Source: an uncultured Sulfurimonas sp. (GTDB lineage Bacteria; Campylobacterota; Campylobacteria; Campylobacterales; Sulfurimonadaceae). Taken from it: a DNA stretch of 64,000 nt. The stretch covers positions 941,781-1,005,780 of the forward strand of contig OY759725.1 of the NCBI GenBank assembly GCA_963662755.1, read 5' to 3'. Both the position numbers and the translations under genes were made by a program. Below the pieces are notes generated by a model that was not told the DNA's origin, ran no database searches, and worked only from the letters and a program-made list of their open reading frames with translations. Below are positions 47,446 through 57,560 of this stretch, one piece after another. The first letter of the stretch is position 1. The number at the start of each line of letters is the position of its first letter.

Positions 47446-48471
47446 TTATACCACTAAATCTAACTCTTGTAGTGTTCCAACTTCACCACTCTCTTTTAGA
47501 TAGATAGAACTCTCTCTCATAAGCGCATTAACAGCTCCATCACCACTTCTAAACTCAAATTTTGTACTCACTCTATCTAGATGCAAGGCTCCTACATTTT
47601 TATCTTTTAAAGCAAAGAGATGCTCTTTTTCATTAGCATCTTTACTCCAAATAACTAACTGCTCAAACACCTCATCATTTTCATCTATCCATCCATTTTT
47701 ATCATCATCATAAGCAGATAACTCCTCAAAACCATTTCCAAGCGTAGGTCCAAAGAGTTCACTTCCATCATTTATGATGCCATCTTTGTTTTTATCAAGT
47801 GCTAAAAAACCGCTTCCACTTCCAACAAAAGAAAACTCTTCACTCCTACCATCCAAGTTCAAATCAAACTTATGTTTAACATCACTTATAGTCACTACAT
47901 CCGTACCAAAGTTAAGCACAAGCGGATCAATAAGCGCATCTCCAGCTTTAAAACTCAAACTCTCATGAGTTTGTGACTCTTGTTTTAAACTAAAAGCTAA
48001 CGAAAAATCTATATTTCTTCCATCAGCAGTTTTCACATTTCCAGATGCTGAGAAGTCTAATGCTTCTTTTCTTATCTCTGTTTTTTCATAACTGTAATCT
48101 ATGCCCCACCCTAAGCGCTCAGGTTCAGCATTTTCAGATTTTACTGCATCTGCATTTGATTTTGTAGCTTTTAATTCACTCATAAAAGAGATATTTATCT
48201 TTCTTCCCATTAAAGACTCTAATGCCCTGACTATTGCCATTAATTTAGAATCCAATACCTCTTCTTGCATCTCATCTTCTGCTTTTGCTACTCCACCACT
48301 AGCATTATGAAACTTTTTAAAATCATCAGTAAGTTCCAACCTATCCCCACGTTGAAACCTTTGTGGTGCATCTTCTTCTTTGTCCCATTTCTCTAAACTC
48401 TCACTTTCATAAATCTTATGACTCTTTTGATGAGAACTTAAAAAGGAAACTTCTGATTCTTGAATTTTCAT
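47446..48471 (-). CDS. Hypothetical protein with EF-hand-like Ca-binding motifs
   Basis: DPLVLNFG, LALDKNKDGIINDGSELFG and YDDDKNGWIDEND. Confidence 0.6.
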   Translation of the reverse strand: MKIQESEVSFLSSHQKSHKIYESESLEKWDKEEDAPQRFQRGDRLELTDDFKKFHNASGGVAKAEDEMQEEVLDSKLMAIVRALESLMGRKINISFMSELKATKSNADAVKSENAEPERLGWGIDYSYEKTEIRKEALDFSASGNVKTADGRNIDFSLAFSLKQESQTHESLSFKAGDALIDPLVLNFGTDVVTISDVKHKFDLNLDGRSEEFSFVGSGSGFLALDKNKDGIINDGSELFGPTLGNGFEELSAYDDDKNGWIDENDEVFEQLVIWSKDANEKEHLFALKDKNVGALHLDRVSTKFEFRSGDGAVNALMRESSIYLKESGEVGTLQELDLVV

Positions 48472-48578
48472 ATCAAACCTCCATGTTTATACAAGATATA
48501 TATCGTCCAAAAAGATAAATAGTATGTAAATTTAGTTGAAAATAGTTATAATTGAAAATCATAAATCAAGGAGTTGGT

Positions 48579-50312
48579 ATGCAAAATCTCCCGCCCAAAG
48601 AGATTCGATTTGGAGATTACACAAGAGATGTTCAAGCAAACTATACTCAGATAAGTTACAATGATATTTCATCTCTTCCTAGCAAACCAAAAGCAAAAAT
48701 ACAACTTCGCTCGCTTGATATCTACCGACTTATAAAACCTTATGTAAGTGTTCGTTTTATGGAACAAGTCTATGGTTTAATGCCATTAGCTCTCTACCTT
48801 GTTATATTTCAAATTTTTATGCTCAGACAATCAGTCACAGATGCATCTACTATATCAGCTGGACTTTTTGCGGTTATACTTGGTTTGATGTTTTTTATGG
48901 AAGGTATCAAACAAGGGTTAATGCCATTTGGAGAAGTCATAGGAAACACCCTTCCAAAAAAAGTCTCTTTAAGCCTTGTTCTTCTTATAGCGTTTTTACT
49001 TGGCATCGGAGTTACATTTGCTGAACCGGCCATTGGTGCATTAAAAGCTGCAGGCTCACTTGTAGAAGTTCAAAAAGCCCCTTACCTCTACGCCATGCTA
49101 AATGACTACTCAAACTCTTTAGTTCTTATAGTTGGCATCGGAGTGGGATTTGCGGCGGTTCTTGGGACTATGCGTTTTATATATGGTTGGAGTTTAAAAC
49201 CCTATATCTATATATCTCTTATTCCTACTATTTTACTAACTATCTATGTTATGTTTAATGCAGACTTAGCATCTATACTTGGTCTTGCATGGGATAGTGG
49301 AGCGGTAACAACAGGGCCTGTAACTGTTCCTTTGGTTTTAGCTCTTGGTATAGGAATAGCGGCTGCATCTTCAAAAGGAGATAGCTCACTCTCAGGTTTT
49401 GGGATAGTTACTCTTGCATCTATCTTCCCTATCATAGGAGTTATGAGTCTTGGCATCTATCTCTCTTTTGTTATCACTCCTGCTGAGATTATCTCTTTAT
49501 CTTTGGCAAACAGTGGAGTTACACAGAGTTTAGCTTGGTATGAAACAACTCCAGGAGAAGAGATAGTCCTTGGCATCCGAGCTATAGTCCCTCTAGTTTT
49601 ATTTTTACTTTTTGTACTAAAAATAGTTTTAAAAGTAAAAATTGCTAATTCTGGAACTATTATTTATGGAATCATATTAGCAGTTCTTGGCATGATTATC
49701 TTTAATCTTGGTCTAACTTATGGCTTAGCAAAACTTGGCTCCCAATCAGGTAGTTTAATCCCAGCGGCATTTAACACCATAACAGCATCTGATGGAACTA
49801 TCATAGATGCACTATACCCTTACGCTATTGGTCTTAGTGTAGCTATATTGTTTGCTTGGATACTCGGATTTGGAGCGACTTTGGCAGAACCTGCTCTAAA
49901 TGCTCTTGGAATGACAGTTGAAAATCTCACTCAAGGCGTATTTAAAAAGCGTACTTTGATGTACGCAGTATCTCTAGGAGTTGGTTCTGGCATCGCTCTT
50001 GGCATTGTTAAAATCATCTTTAACATTCCACTTGGATATCTCATCATTCCACTCTACTCTGTTGCAGTTTTACTTACTTATATGTCTAATGAAGCTTATG
50101 TAAATATCGCATGGGACAGTGCAGGTGTTACAACCGGACCTATTACAGTTCCTTTAGTCTTAGCTATGGGACTCGGGTTTGGAGATGCGGTTGGTTCTAT
50201 TGAGGGATTTGGGATACTCTCTATGGCATCTATTGGACCTATTATCTCCGTACTTATTACAGGTTTATGGGTAGGACAAAAACAAAAAAAAGCGATTAAG
50301 GAAAATGCATGA
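48579..50312 (+). CDS. DUF1538 domain membrane protein (two fused repeats)
   Basis: Repeated AEPA and AWDSGAVTTGPVTVP / AWDSAGVTTGPITVP motifs; start moved to ATG at 48579 after aaggag. Confidence 0.85.
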   Translation: MQNLPPKEIRFGDYTRDVQANYTQISYNDISSLPSKPKAKIQLRSLDIYRLIKPYVSVRFMEQVYGLMPLALYLVIFQIFMLRQSVTDASTISAGLFAVILGLMFFMEGIKQGLMPFGEVIGNTLPKKVSLSLVLLIAFLLGIGVTFAEPAIGALKAAGSLVEVQKAPYLYAMLNDYSNSLVLIVGIGVGFAAVLGTMRFIYGWSLKPYIYISLIPTILLTIYVMFNADLASILGLAWDSGAVTTGPVTVPLVLALGIGIAAASSKGDSSLSGFGIVTLASIFPIIGVMSLGIYLSFVITPAEIISLSLANSGVTQSLAWYETTPGEEIVLGIRAIVPLVLFLLFVLKIVLKVKIANSGTIIYGIILAVLGMIIFNLGLTYGLAKLGSQSGSLIPAAFNTITASDGTIIDALYPYAIGLSVAILFAWILGFGATLAEPALNALGMTVENLTQGVFKKRTLMYAVSLGVGSGIALGIVKIIFNIPLGYLIIPLYSVAVLLTYMSNEAYVNIAWDSAGVTTGPITVPLVLAMGLGFGDAVGSIEGFGILSMASIGPIISVLITGLWVGQKQKKAIKENA

Positions 50313-50674
50313 ACAGAAATATAACAATTTTAACAGATGTAGAACTCATAACGTGTATCTTGCAAAAAGGTTTAGCAGATAAGATAACAAAAGTAGCCAT
50401 AGAAGCTGGAGCGCAAGGTGCTACCATTCATTATGCTCAAGGAAGTGGCGTTCGTGAGAGACTAGGGATTTTAGGAGTAGCAGTTGAGGCAGAAAAAGAA
50501 GTACTACAAATCATAGTATCAACTGAACAAGTTGACCGCATCTTTGATGCTATCTACTTAGCAGCAGAGTTAGACACTCCTGGAATGGGTTTTATGTATG
50601 TAACAAGACTTGAAAAAGCGGGAACTTACATACCTCAAGAAGTTTTACAAAAGATAGAATCGAGAATTACATGA
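50309..50674 (+). CDS. P-II family protein
   Basis: AGAQGAT..QGSG, EKEVLQIIV and PGMGFMYV; overlaps the DUF1538 stop. Confidence 0.82.
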   Translation: MNRNITILTDVELITCILQKGLADKITKVAIEAGAQGATIHYAQGSGVRERLGILGVAVEAEKEVLQIIVSTEQVDRIFDAIYLAAELDTPGMGFMYVTRLEKAGTYIPQEVLQKIESRIT

Positions 50675-50985
50675 ACCAATACAAACTAATAACTTGCATC
50701 CTAACAAAACCTATAGCCATAGAGATGCTAACAAGACTAAAAGAGGAAAAAGGCATTATAACTGCAAATACTACACACGCTAGAGGAACAAGTAGCAAAT
50801 CAGACTATTTGATGAAAGCTGAGGAGATTTTAACCGTCTTAGTAGATGCATCCAAAGCAGATGATATTTTTTACTTTTTATTTAATGAGTTGGAGTTAGA
50901 TAAAGCACACCAAGGCATGATATACCAAGAGGCTGTATCTAAATCTACTAAATACTCTTTACCAGACTTATCTTCTTCTACTTGA
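50671..50985 (+). CDS. P-II-like protein (divergent)
   Basis: KLITCI, HARGT, EILTVLV..ADDIF and HQGMIY; coupled to the preceding gene. Confidence 0.7.
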   Translation: MNQYKLITCILTKPIAIEMLTRLKEEKGIITANTTHARGTSSKSDYLMKAEEILTVLVDASKADDIFYFLFNELELDKAHQGMIYQEAVSKSTKYSLPDLSSST

Positions 50986-52236
50986 AGAGTTTCTTGATGA
51001 GTTTGCGCCTTGAGTAGGCTTGTTTCTAGGTCTATTTCGAGAGTTTCCTCCGCGAGCTTTTCCTCCGCCACCTTGATTTATAGGTTCTGCTTTTATGGAT
51101 GGGTCAGGTTTAAAACCTTTTAACCACACTTTAGGAATATCTTTTTTTATAAGTTTTTCAATATTTGCTAAATACTCATTTTCATCTACACAAACAAGAG
51201 AGATAGCTTCTCCTTCATTTCCTGCACGACCTGTTCTACCAATACGATGAACATAATCTTCACTTACATTTGGAAGTTCGTAGTTTACAACATGAGGAAG
51301 TTGGTCTATATCTATACCACGAGCTGCTATATCCGTAGCAACAAGAACTCTAACTTCACCTTTTTTAAAGTCACTTAAAGCTTTTGTTCTAGCATTTTGA
51401 CTTTTATTTCCATGAATTGCAACAGCACTAATACCATCTTTATATAACTGATCGCACAAACGATTTGCACCATGTTTTGTTCTTGTAAATACAAGCACTT
51501 GTTTCCATTTTCCCTCTTGAATAAGGTGCGTTAAAAGTTCACGCTTGCGAACTTTATCTACATGATAAACAGCTTGTTTTACAATCTCTGAAGAGGTATT
51601 TGCTCGAGCTACTTCTATAAGTGTCGGAGAGTTTAAAAGCCTATCTGATAGTTTTTTAATCGCATCTGAGTAAGTAGCTGAAAAAAGCAAGTTTTGTCTT
51701 TGAGAAGGAAGTATGGCTAAAACTTTTTTAATATCATTTATAAAGCCCATATCAAGCATTCTATCTGCTTCATCAAGAATAAGAAAATCAACTTTTGATA
51801 AGTCTATAGTTCTTTGACTTACATGATCAAGAAGTCTTCCAGGTGTTGCTATAACTATATCTACACCTTTTCTTAGTTGCACTATTTGAGGATTTATTTT
51901 TACACCACCAAAAATTACACATGATTTGTATGGTAGGTGCTTACCATAAATGGCAACACTCTCCCCAACTTGTGCTGCTAACTCCCTAGTAGGTGTAAGT
52001 ATCAATACTTTTATATGCTTTTTAGCGTTTGTAGATTTAGCACGACTTAAAAGCTCTAACATTGGAAGTGTAAAACCAGCTGTCTTTCCTGTCCCAGTTT
52101 GCGCACCTGCAAGTATATCTTTTCTATCCAGAATTACAGGGATAGCCTGTTTTTGAATCGGGGTTGGCTCACTATAACCTTGCTCTTTTATAGCTTTTAA
52201 TAGTGGGGCTGATAACCCTAAGTTGTTAAACGACAT
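50968..52236 (-). CDS. rhlE: DEAD-box RNA helicase
   Basis: Q motif [36 protein letters not shown] and [10 protein letters not shown]. Confidence 0.92.
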   Translation of the reverse strand: MSFNNLGLSAPLLKAIKEQGYSEPTPIQKQAIPVILDRKDILAGAQTGTGKTAGFTLPMLELLSRAKSTNAKKHIKVLILTPTRELAAQVGESVAIYGKHLPYKSCVIFGGVKINPQIVQLRKGVDIVIATPGRLLDHVSQRTIDLSKVDFLILDEADRMLDMGFINDIKKVLAILPSQRQNLLFSATYSDAIKKLSDRLLNSPTLIEVARANTSSEIVKQAVYHVDKVRKRELLTHLIQEGKWKQVLVFTRTKHGANRLCDQLYKDGISAVAIHGNKSQNARTKALSDFKKGEVRVLVATDIAARGIDIDQLPHVVNYELPNVSEDYVHRIGRTGRAGNEGEAISLVCVDENEYLANIEKLIKKDIPKVWLKGFKPDPSIKAEPINQGGGGKARGGNSRNRPRNKPTQGANSSRNSSSRRR

Positions 52237-52334
52237 AAAACTCCTAGTCTTAATATTTTTCTATAATAGCATAATTTATGCTAATGTAAGATATAATTCG
52301 CACAATTATTAAAACCACCTACTTAGGACTATTT

Positions 52335-53138
52335 ATGTCATCTACACAACCAGCCATCAAACCAAACAATCACCGCGTTCATCCATGTCCTAATGATAAG
52401 AAATTATCTTTATTAAATAAACTCATATCGGATAATATAGAGAGTAAGATTATAGTAGTAACTGCATTTGAAACTCAACTAATTATAGATTTCTTACAAA
52501 GTGAAAATTCTCAAATCTTAGAAAATGTACAAATTGTAGATGATAGAACTCTTATCAAAGATGAAAATTTAATATGTGACTTGCTTATCAGCATGGATGT
52601 TCCAGCAAAAGCTGTTATTTACATAGCAAGATTGTCACACACAAACAACAGAGCCGTTCTTCTTTTAAATGAGAGTGAGCAAAAACTTCTCTACCCAATA
52701 GAGACTCTCTTAGGTCGTGTTATAAAACAAGATCTTATTGAAGGTTTTGCTTATGAAGCTAAAGCAAAACAAAAAAAAGATACAAAAACAGCTCCTAAAA
52801 AAATGACCAAAAGCCAAATAACAGATGTAGCTAAAAAAAGATATGATGAAAAAGTTTCAGAACCTAAGCCAAAGCGTGAATACAAAAAAGAGTTTAACAA
52901 AGATGATAAAAAAGATTTTAAAAAATCTGATAAATCTGATAAATGGGCTAAAAAGAAAAAATCACCTAACAAGTATTTAGGCAAAGATGAAAATGGTAAA
53001 GCTATCTTTTCTGGAAAAAGCGGAGAAAGAAATCACAACTATGATGGAACTCCAAAAGACAAATACGATGCTCCTAAAAAAACAGGAAGAAAAATCAGTA
53101 TCAAGTCTCTAAAAAAACCAACAGATAAAAAAGACTAA
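52335..53138 (+). CDS. Degenerate DEAD-box C-terminal (RecA2)-like domain plus Lys-rich tail
   Basis: Segments align by eye with the C-terminal half of adjacent RhlE, but motifs V and VI are lost. Confidence 0.55.
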   Translation: MSSTQPAIKPNNHRVHPCPNDKKLSLLNKLISDNIESKIIVVTAFETQLIIDFLQSENSQILENVQIVDDRTLIKDENLICDLLISMDVPAKAVIYIARLSHTNNRAVLLLNESEQKLLYPIETLLGRVIKQDLIEGFAYEAKAKQKKDTKTAPKKMTKSQITDVAKKRYDEKVSEPKPKREYKKEFNKDDKKDFKKSDKSDKWAKKKKSPNKYLGKDENGKAIFSGKSGERNHNYDGTPKDKYDAPKKTGRKISIKSLKKPTDKKD

Positions 53139-55135
53139 AACAGCAACTCTTCATTTGGATTTGCATCATTTTCTGCTCTTGGTGGTTTTGAGATATCGCT
53201 AAAATACTCTTTTTTACCACCAACATCTACTTCTACAATCCCCTCAGGTGCTACAAACTCTCTTTGGATTTGTGGATATAACTTAATAATATTTTGATAA
53301 TACTGTGAAAAAGCAGGACCAGCTATCTTCCCTCCAGTCTCCCATCTATGCATTGGAGTGTTATCATCATTTCCAAACCATACAACAGTCTCTATAGTAG
53401 GTGAATAACCAGCGAACCAACCATCTATATTGTTGTTAGTAGTCCCTGTTTTTCCAGCCAATTCTATTCCCCTAGCTCTTGCCCTTCTACCTGTACCTCT
53501 ATTTACAACATCTCTTAAAATACTCGTCATAATAAAAGCTTGCGTAGGTTCAGTTATAAAATGAGTCTTTTGCGTTTTTTCATAAATAGTATTTGAATTT
53601 TTGTCTATGTAATTTATAAGATGCGGCTCCACTTGCAGACCATTATTTGCAAAAGAAGTATAGTATTTTGCAAGTTCAAGAGGAGAAAGAGAAATAGTTC
53701 CAAGAGAAATAGAGAGATCATGAGGTAGATTTTCAATACCAAATTTTTCTAATTCACTGAGTAATTGTTGCAATCCTATGTCATTTACAAGGTTGATAGT
53801 GGCTAAGTTTCTTGAGTGTATAAGCGCTTCTCTAAGACTTATCAAACCTTTGTAATTTTTTTCATAATTTTTAGGTTGCCATTTTAATTCTTCGCCATCT
53901 TTTTCATACTTATAAGTTCTAGCAATATCTACAAGTTCAGTAGCACCTGAATAACCAAGATCAACTGCCACTTGATAAATAAATGGTTTAAATGCGGAAC
54001 CTGGGAGTCTTTTACCTTGAGTAGCACGATTGTAAGATGAAGTTTTATAATCAACACTACCAACAAGCGCTAAAATATCCCCTGTAGCTGAGTCAAGTGA
54101 TACCAAAGCACCATTTAAAAGAGATGTATTTACATCAGGAGAGACTTCGTAGGTTGGTGTTTTTTCAAGCATCTTTGCTTCTCTTACTTTATAAGATTCT
54201 ATTCTTTGTAACGACTTATCATAAGCACTCTTTAGAGCTTCTCTTGCAACTTCTTGTAGAGTGATGTTTATAGTTGTATGTATTTCGTAGCCACCTGTTT
54301 TCATATCATCTATACCAAAATCGCTCATTCTTCTTGCAACTTCATCAACTACAAATGGTGCTTTATTTTGAGTTAGAGTGTCGTTATAAACTTCAGGATT
54401 TTCTTCTAAAGCATCTTTATATGTTGATTCATCAATCCAGCCAAGAGTAAACATTCGAGAAATTACACGATTGGCTCTTCCCATAGATATTTCATAATTT
54501 TTTGTTGGGGCATAAGTACTTGGTGCTTTTGGAAGTCCAACCAAAATCGCCATCTCTTTTAAACTAAGATCTGAGAGTTTTTTGTGAAAATATCCATCTG
54601 CAGCTGTTTTTATACCATAATATCCATGTCCATAATAAATTTCATTCAAATATCTCTCTAAAATCTGCTCTTTGCTCAAAGCTCGTTCAAGCTTTAAAGA
54701 GTATATAGCCTCTTTTATCTTACGAGATAGTTTTTTCTCACGAGTCAAAAGTACATTTTTAACAAGTTGTTGAGTTATAGTACTTGCACCCTCAACTGCT
54801 TTTCCAGCCTTTATAACTTTTATAGCTGCACGAAATATAGCATCTACATTTATACCAGGATGCTCAAAAAAAGTAGTATCTTCTATAGCCACTAATGCCT
54901 CTATAACTCTTGGCGGTATCTCACTAAAAGATGCATAGTATCTATGTTTTTCATCAAATATATTTGCAATTTTATCACCATTTTTATCGTAAATTCTAGT
55001 TGTTAAATCTGGTTTATAATCCGTAAGTTCTGATATATCATAATCGTATGTAATTAAAAAATATCCTAAAAGTATAAAGGGAGATAAAAATCCCAATAAT
55101 AATATGCTTAAGAATACATTTTTAATTTTATTCAT
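53135..55135 (-). CDS. Penicillin-binding protein 1A (transglycosylase-transpeptidase)
   Basis: IEDTTF, GASTITQQLVKN, RKIKE, YLNEIYYG, GSAFKP, SRN and KTGT. Confidence 0.95.
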   Translation of the reverse strand: MNKIKNVFLSILLLGFLSPFILLGYFLITYDYDISELTDYKPDLTTRIYDKNGDKIANIFDEKHRYYASFSEIPPRVIEALVAIEDTTFFEHPGINVDAIFRAAIKVIKAGKAVEGASTITQQLVKNVLLTREKKLSRKIKEAIYSLKLERALSKEQILERYLNEIYYGHGYYGIKTAADGYFHKKLSDLSLKEMAILVGLPKAPSTYAPTKNYEISMGRANRVISRMFTLGWIDESTYKDALEENPEVYNDTLTQNKAPFVVDEVARRMSDFGIDDMKTGGYEIHTTINITLQEVAREALKSAYDKSLQRIESYKVREAKMLEKTPTYEVSPDVNTSLLNGALVSLDSATGDILALVGSVDYKTSSYNRATQGKRLPGSAFKPFIYQVAVDLGYSGATELVDIARTYKYEKDGEELKWQPKNYEKNYKGLISLREALIHSRNLATINLVNDIGLQQLLSELEKFGIENLPHDLSISLGTISLSPLELAKYYTSFANNGLQVEPHLINYIDKNSNTIYEKTQKTHFITEPTQAFIMTSILRDVVNRGTGRRARARGIELAGKTGTTNNNIDGWFAGYSPTIETVVWFGNDDNTPMHRWETGGKIAGPAFSQYYQNIIKLYPQIQREFVAPEGIVEVDVGGKKEYFSDISKPPRAENDANPNEELLF

Positions 55136-55821
55136 AGTCTAAATTCCCTATTTGCAAAGTTTGCATCTATTAGTATTTGTGTATATTTTTCTTTAGGAGA
55201 TTGTAAAATACTTTGCATATTTCCACTCTCTACTATTTTTCCATCTTTTATAACACATATCTCATCGCAAATCAATTTTGCAGAATTCATGTCGTGTGTT
55301 ACAAATAACATCTTAAAATCATGTTTTTTTTGCAACTCTCTCAATAAATCTAAAATTATTATTCTAGTTTCAGGATCAAGTGCAGTTGTTGGTTCATCTA
55401 GTAAAATTAGTTTAGGCTCTTGTTCTAAAGCCATAGCAATAACTACTCTTTGAAGTTGTCCACCTGATAACTCTGGAGCAAATCTATCTGCTAAGTCTAT
55501 ATCTAAATCAACTTGATTAAAAAGTTCTTTAATTTTTTTATCATCTACAAAAAATTGTTTTCTTATTTTTGTAAGTGGAGACAAGGCTGTAAATGGATTT
55601 TGGGGGACAAAAGAGATATCTCGACCAACTTTTAAATCAAACTTTGCATCCACATCCAACTCAAGTTTCATGCTACTTGGCAACATTGACAAAAGTGCTT
55701 TAAGAGTTAAACTTTTTCCGCTTCCGCTTTGACCTACTAATGCCAATGATGATTTAATCTCGAAGTTTATATCAACTAATATTTTATCTGCTAAATCTAT
55801 TTTTAGTTTATTGATTTTCAT
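55132..55821 (-). CDS. Peptide/nickel-type ABC transporter ATP-binding protein
   Basis: GQSGSGKS, PQNPFTALSP, LSGGQLQR and DEPTTALD; start moved to MKINKL. Confidence 0.85.
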   Translation of the reverse strand: MKINKLKIDLADKILVDINFEIKSSLALVGQSGSGKSLTLKALLSMLPSSMKLELDVDAKFDLKVGRDISFVPQNPFTALSPLTKIRKQFFVDDKKIKELFNQVDLDIDLADRFAPELSGGQLQRVVIAMALEQEPKLILLDEPTTALDPETRIIILDLLRELQKKHDFKMLFVTHDMNSAKLICDEICVIKDGKIVESGNMQSILQSPKEKYTQILIDANFANREFRL

Positions 55822-55847
55822 TAAAGATATTTTATCCAAATTTTGAG

Positions 55848-56732
55848 TTAATAGTTAGTTATTAAAATCTCTTTAGTGCTATTTATATCTTTATTTTTTA
55901 TTTGATAATTGCAGTTGTGATAACTATAATCCAAGCTATGAATATTATATTTTTGACTCCATTTTAACAAAAGATTATTTTTATTTCCCTTGTTCTCAAA
56001 AACATTTGAGAGTGCAAACTTTACCCCTTTGGCATCTAGAGCATCCATGTAATCTAAAAGTTCTTGCTCTTTTTTTTCATTCCAACCACCGTTTTCGTTA
56101 TAAGCCGCGAGTGTTGCCAAATAAGGTGGGTCTATATAAACAAATGAATCTTTTGAGATTGTTATTTCTTTAAAATCTTTACTACTAAAAGAGATGTTTA
56201 AAGTGTTAAGTCTATCTATAAAAAGTTCTAAATTCTTTTTCATATTTTTGTTAAAATCTCTTTTATTTACAGGTGTGTTAAACTCACCTTTTGAGTTAAA
56301 ACGGATTTGGTTGTTAAAGGCAAAAACTAAAGTTGTGTAAAACATGATAGAAGATGGATTTTTGTTGTAGTCGGCTCTTAGTTTTTCATAGGCTTTTTTG
56401 TTGAACGCACCAACTCCCTTTGAAGAGTTAGTTTTGTATTTCTCATAACCATACTTTGTAGTGTTTGATAGTTTATATACGTCTATTATCTCTTCTATTT
56501 GAGCTATAACATCACTAGATGCACTACTTTGAAAAAACTTGTAAAGTTCTATAATGTCGGTGTTAATATCATTTGCGATAATCTTCTTAGCATCTACATT
56601 TACAGCCACATTACACCCACCAGCAAACAAATCCACAAAAGTGTCTATTTTAGCTGGAAACAATGGTGTTATTTGCTTTAGAAGCTTGTGCTTTCCACCT
56701 GTGTAGTTTAGGGGGGATTTTATTGTTTGCAT
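55848..56732 (-). CDS. DNA adenine methyltransferase, D12/Dam class
   Basis: SPLNYTGGK, FVDLFAGG (motif I) and YIDPPY (motif IV). Confidence 0.92.
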   Translation of the reverse strand: MQTIKSPLNYTGGKHKLLKQITPLFPAKIDTFVDLFAGGCNVAVNVDAKKIIANDINTDIIELYKFFQSSASSDVIAQIEEIIDVYKLSNTTKYGYEKYKTNSSKGVGAFNKKAYEKLRADYNKNPSSIMFYTTLVFAFNNQIRFNSKGEFNTPVNKRDFNKNMKKNLELFIDRLNTLNISFSSKDFKEITISKDSFVYIDPPYLATLAAYNENGGWNEKKEQELLDYMDALDAKGVKFALSNVFENKGNKNNLLLKWSQKYNIHSLDYSYHNCNYQIKNKDINSTKEILITNY

Positions 56733-57482
56733 CTAAGTTTTTTTAAACACAAACAGATGCTCGTGCATTATTAATAAAAAATTTGCTTCTTTACTTTTCT
56801 TAATCCAAAATCCTGTAGCTTTACAGTTGTGTTGTTGTTTTATGATATCTTCTTTCAATTCAAACCCAACTTTTAAAAATCGCTCCATAACTTTAAACGC
56901 CAATGGTTGATACATTTTATTTCTTCTTGTATCTCCCATCAAAATAGCACAGTATTTATCTTTTTTCAAAACTCTATAAAATTCATTTGCTACTTTTTCT
57001 ATTTCATCACAGAACTTGTCCAAATCGTGTATATTTGATAAATCTTCTTCTATCTGCTTTTCAGAGTATTTTATGATATCAACATAAGGAGGATGATTTA
57101 AAATAAAATCTATTGATTCATCTTTTAGCATTGGTAATTTTCTGCTGTCATTTAGTTCAATTTTAATTTTTGGATTATATTCGCTGTCAAACTCAAGAGC
57201 TTTTTCAGTCAATTCGATAGCATTTGGATTTATATCGAGTGCAAGTAAATTTCTATTTAATAATTTACATTCTATGGCTGTTGTACCGCCACCTATCATT
57301 GGGTCTAGTAAATAATCATCTTCTTGTGTATATCTAATGATAAGATTTCTTACAACATCAGGCGACCAGTTTCCTCTGTATTTTGAGTTATGAGTAGCCC
57401 ATTTCCCGCGTCTAGCAAAACTCCAAACAGTTGAGCACTCTTGTTCAAAATTTTCAGGATTTAATTTCATTATTTTAGACAT
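56733..57482 (-). CDS. Amino-DNA methyltransferase (N4/N6 type) with permuted motif order
   Basis: LLDPMIGGGTT precedes ILNHPPY; stop abuts the next ATG. Confidence 0.85.
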   Translation of the reverse strand: MSKIMKLNPENFEQECSTVWSFARRGKWATHNSKYRGNWSPDVVRNLIIRYTQEDDYLLDPMIGGGTTAIECKLLNRNLLALDINPNAIELTEKALEFDSEYNPKIKIELNDSRKLPMLKDESIDFILNHPPYVDIIKYSEKQIEEDLSNIHDLDKFCDEIEKVANEFYRVLKKDKYCAILMGDTRRNKMYQPLAFKVMERFLKVGFELKEDIIKQQHNCKATGFWIKKSKEANFLLIMHEHLFVFKKT

Positions 57483-57560
57483 TGTTGAATCCTTAGATAA
57501 TTTATTATAAGTTTATCCACTATATGATTCTTGTCTTAATATCATTGCAATTTGCAATAT

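Noticed and set aside
48500-48530. Possible sigma28 promoter (GACGATAT) for the EF-hand-like gene
   Set aside because: The -10-like octamer is present but there is no convincing -35 at the right spacing.
56711-56716. G6 tract at the 5' end of a methyltransferase as a phase-variation switch
   Set aside because: Too short for typical slipped-strand switching, and it encodes the conserved SPL motif in frame.
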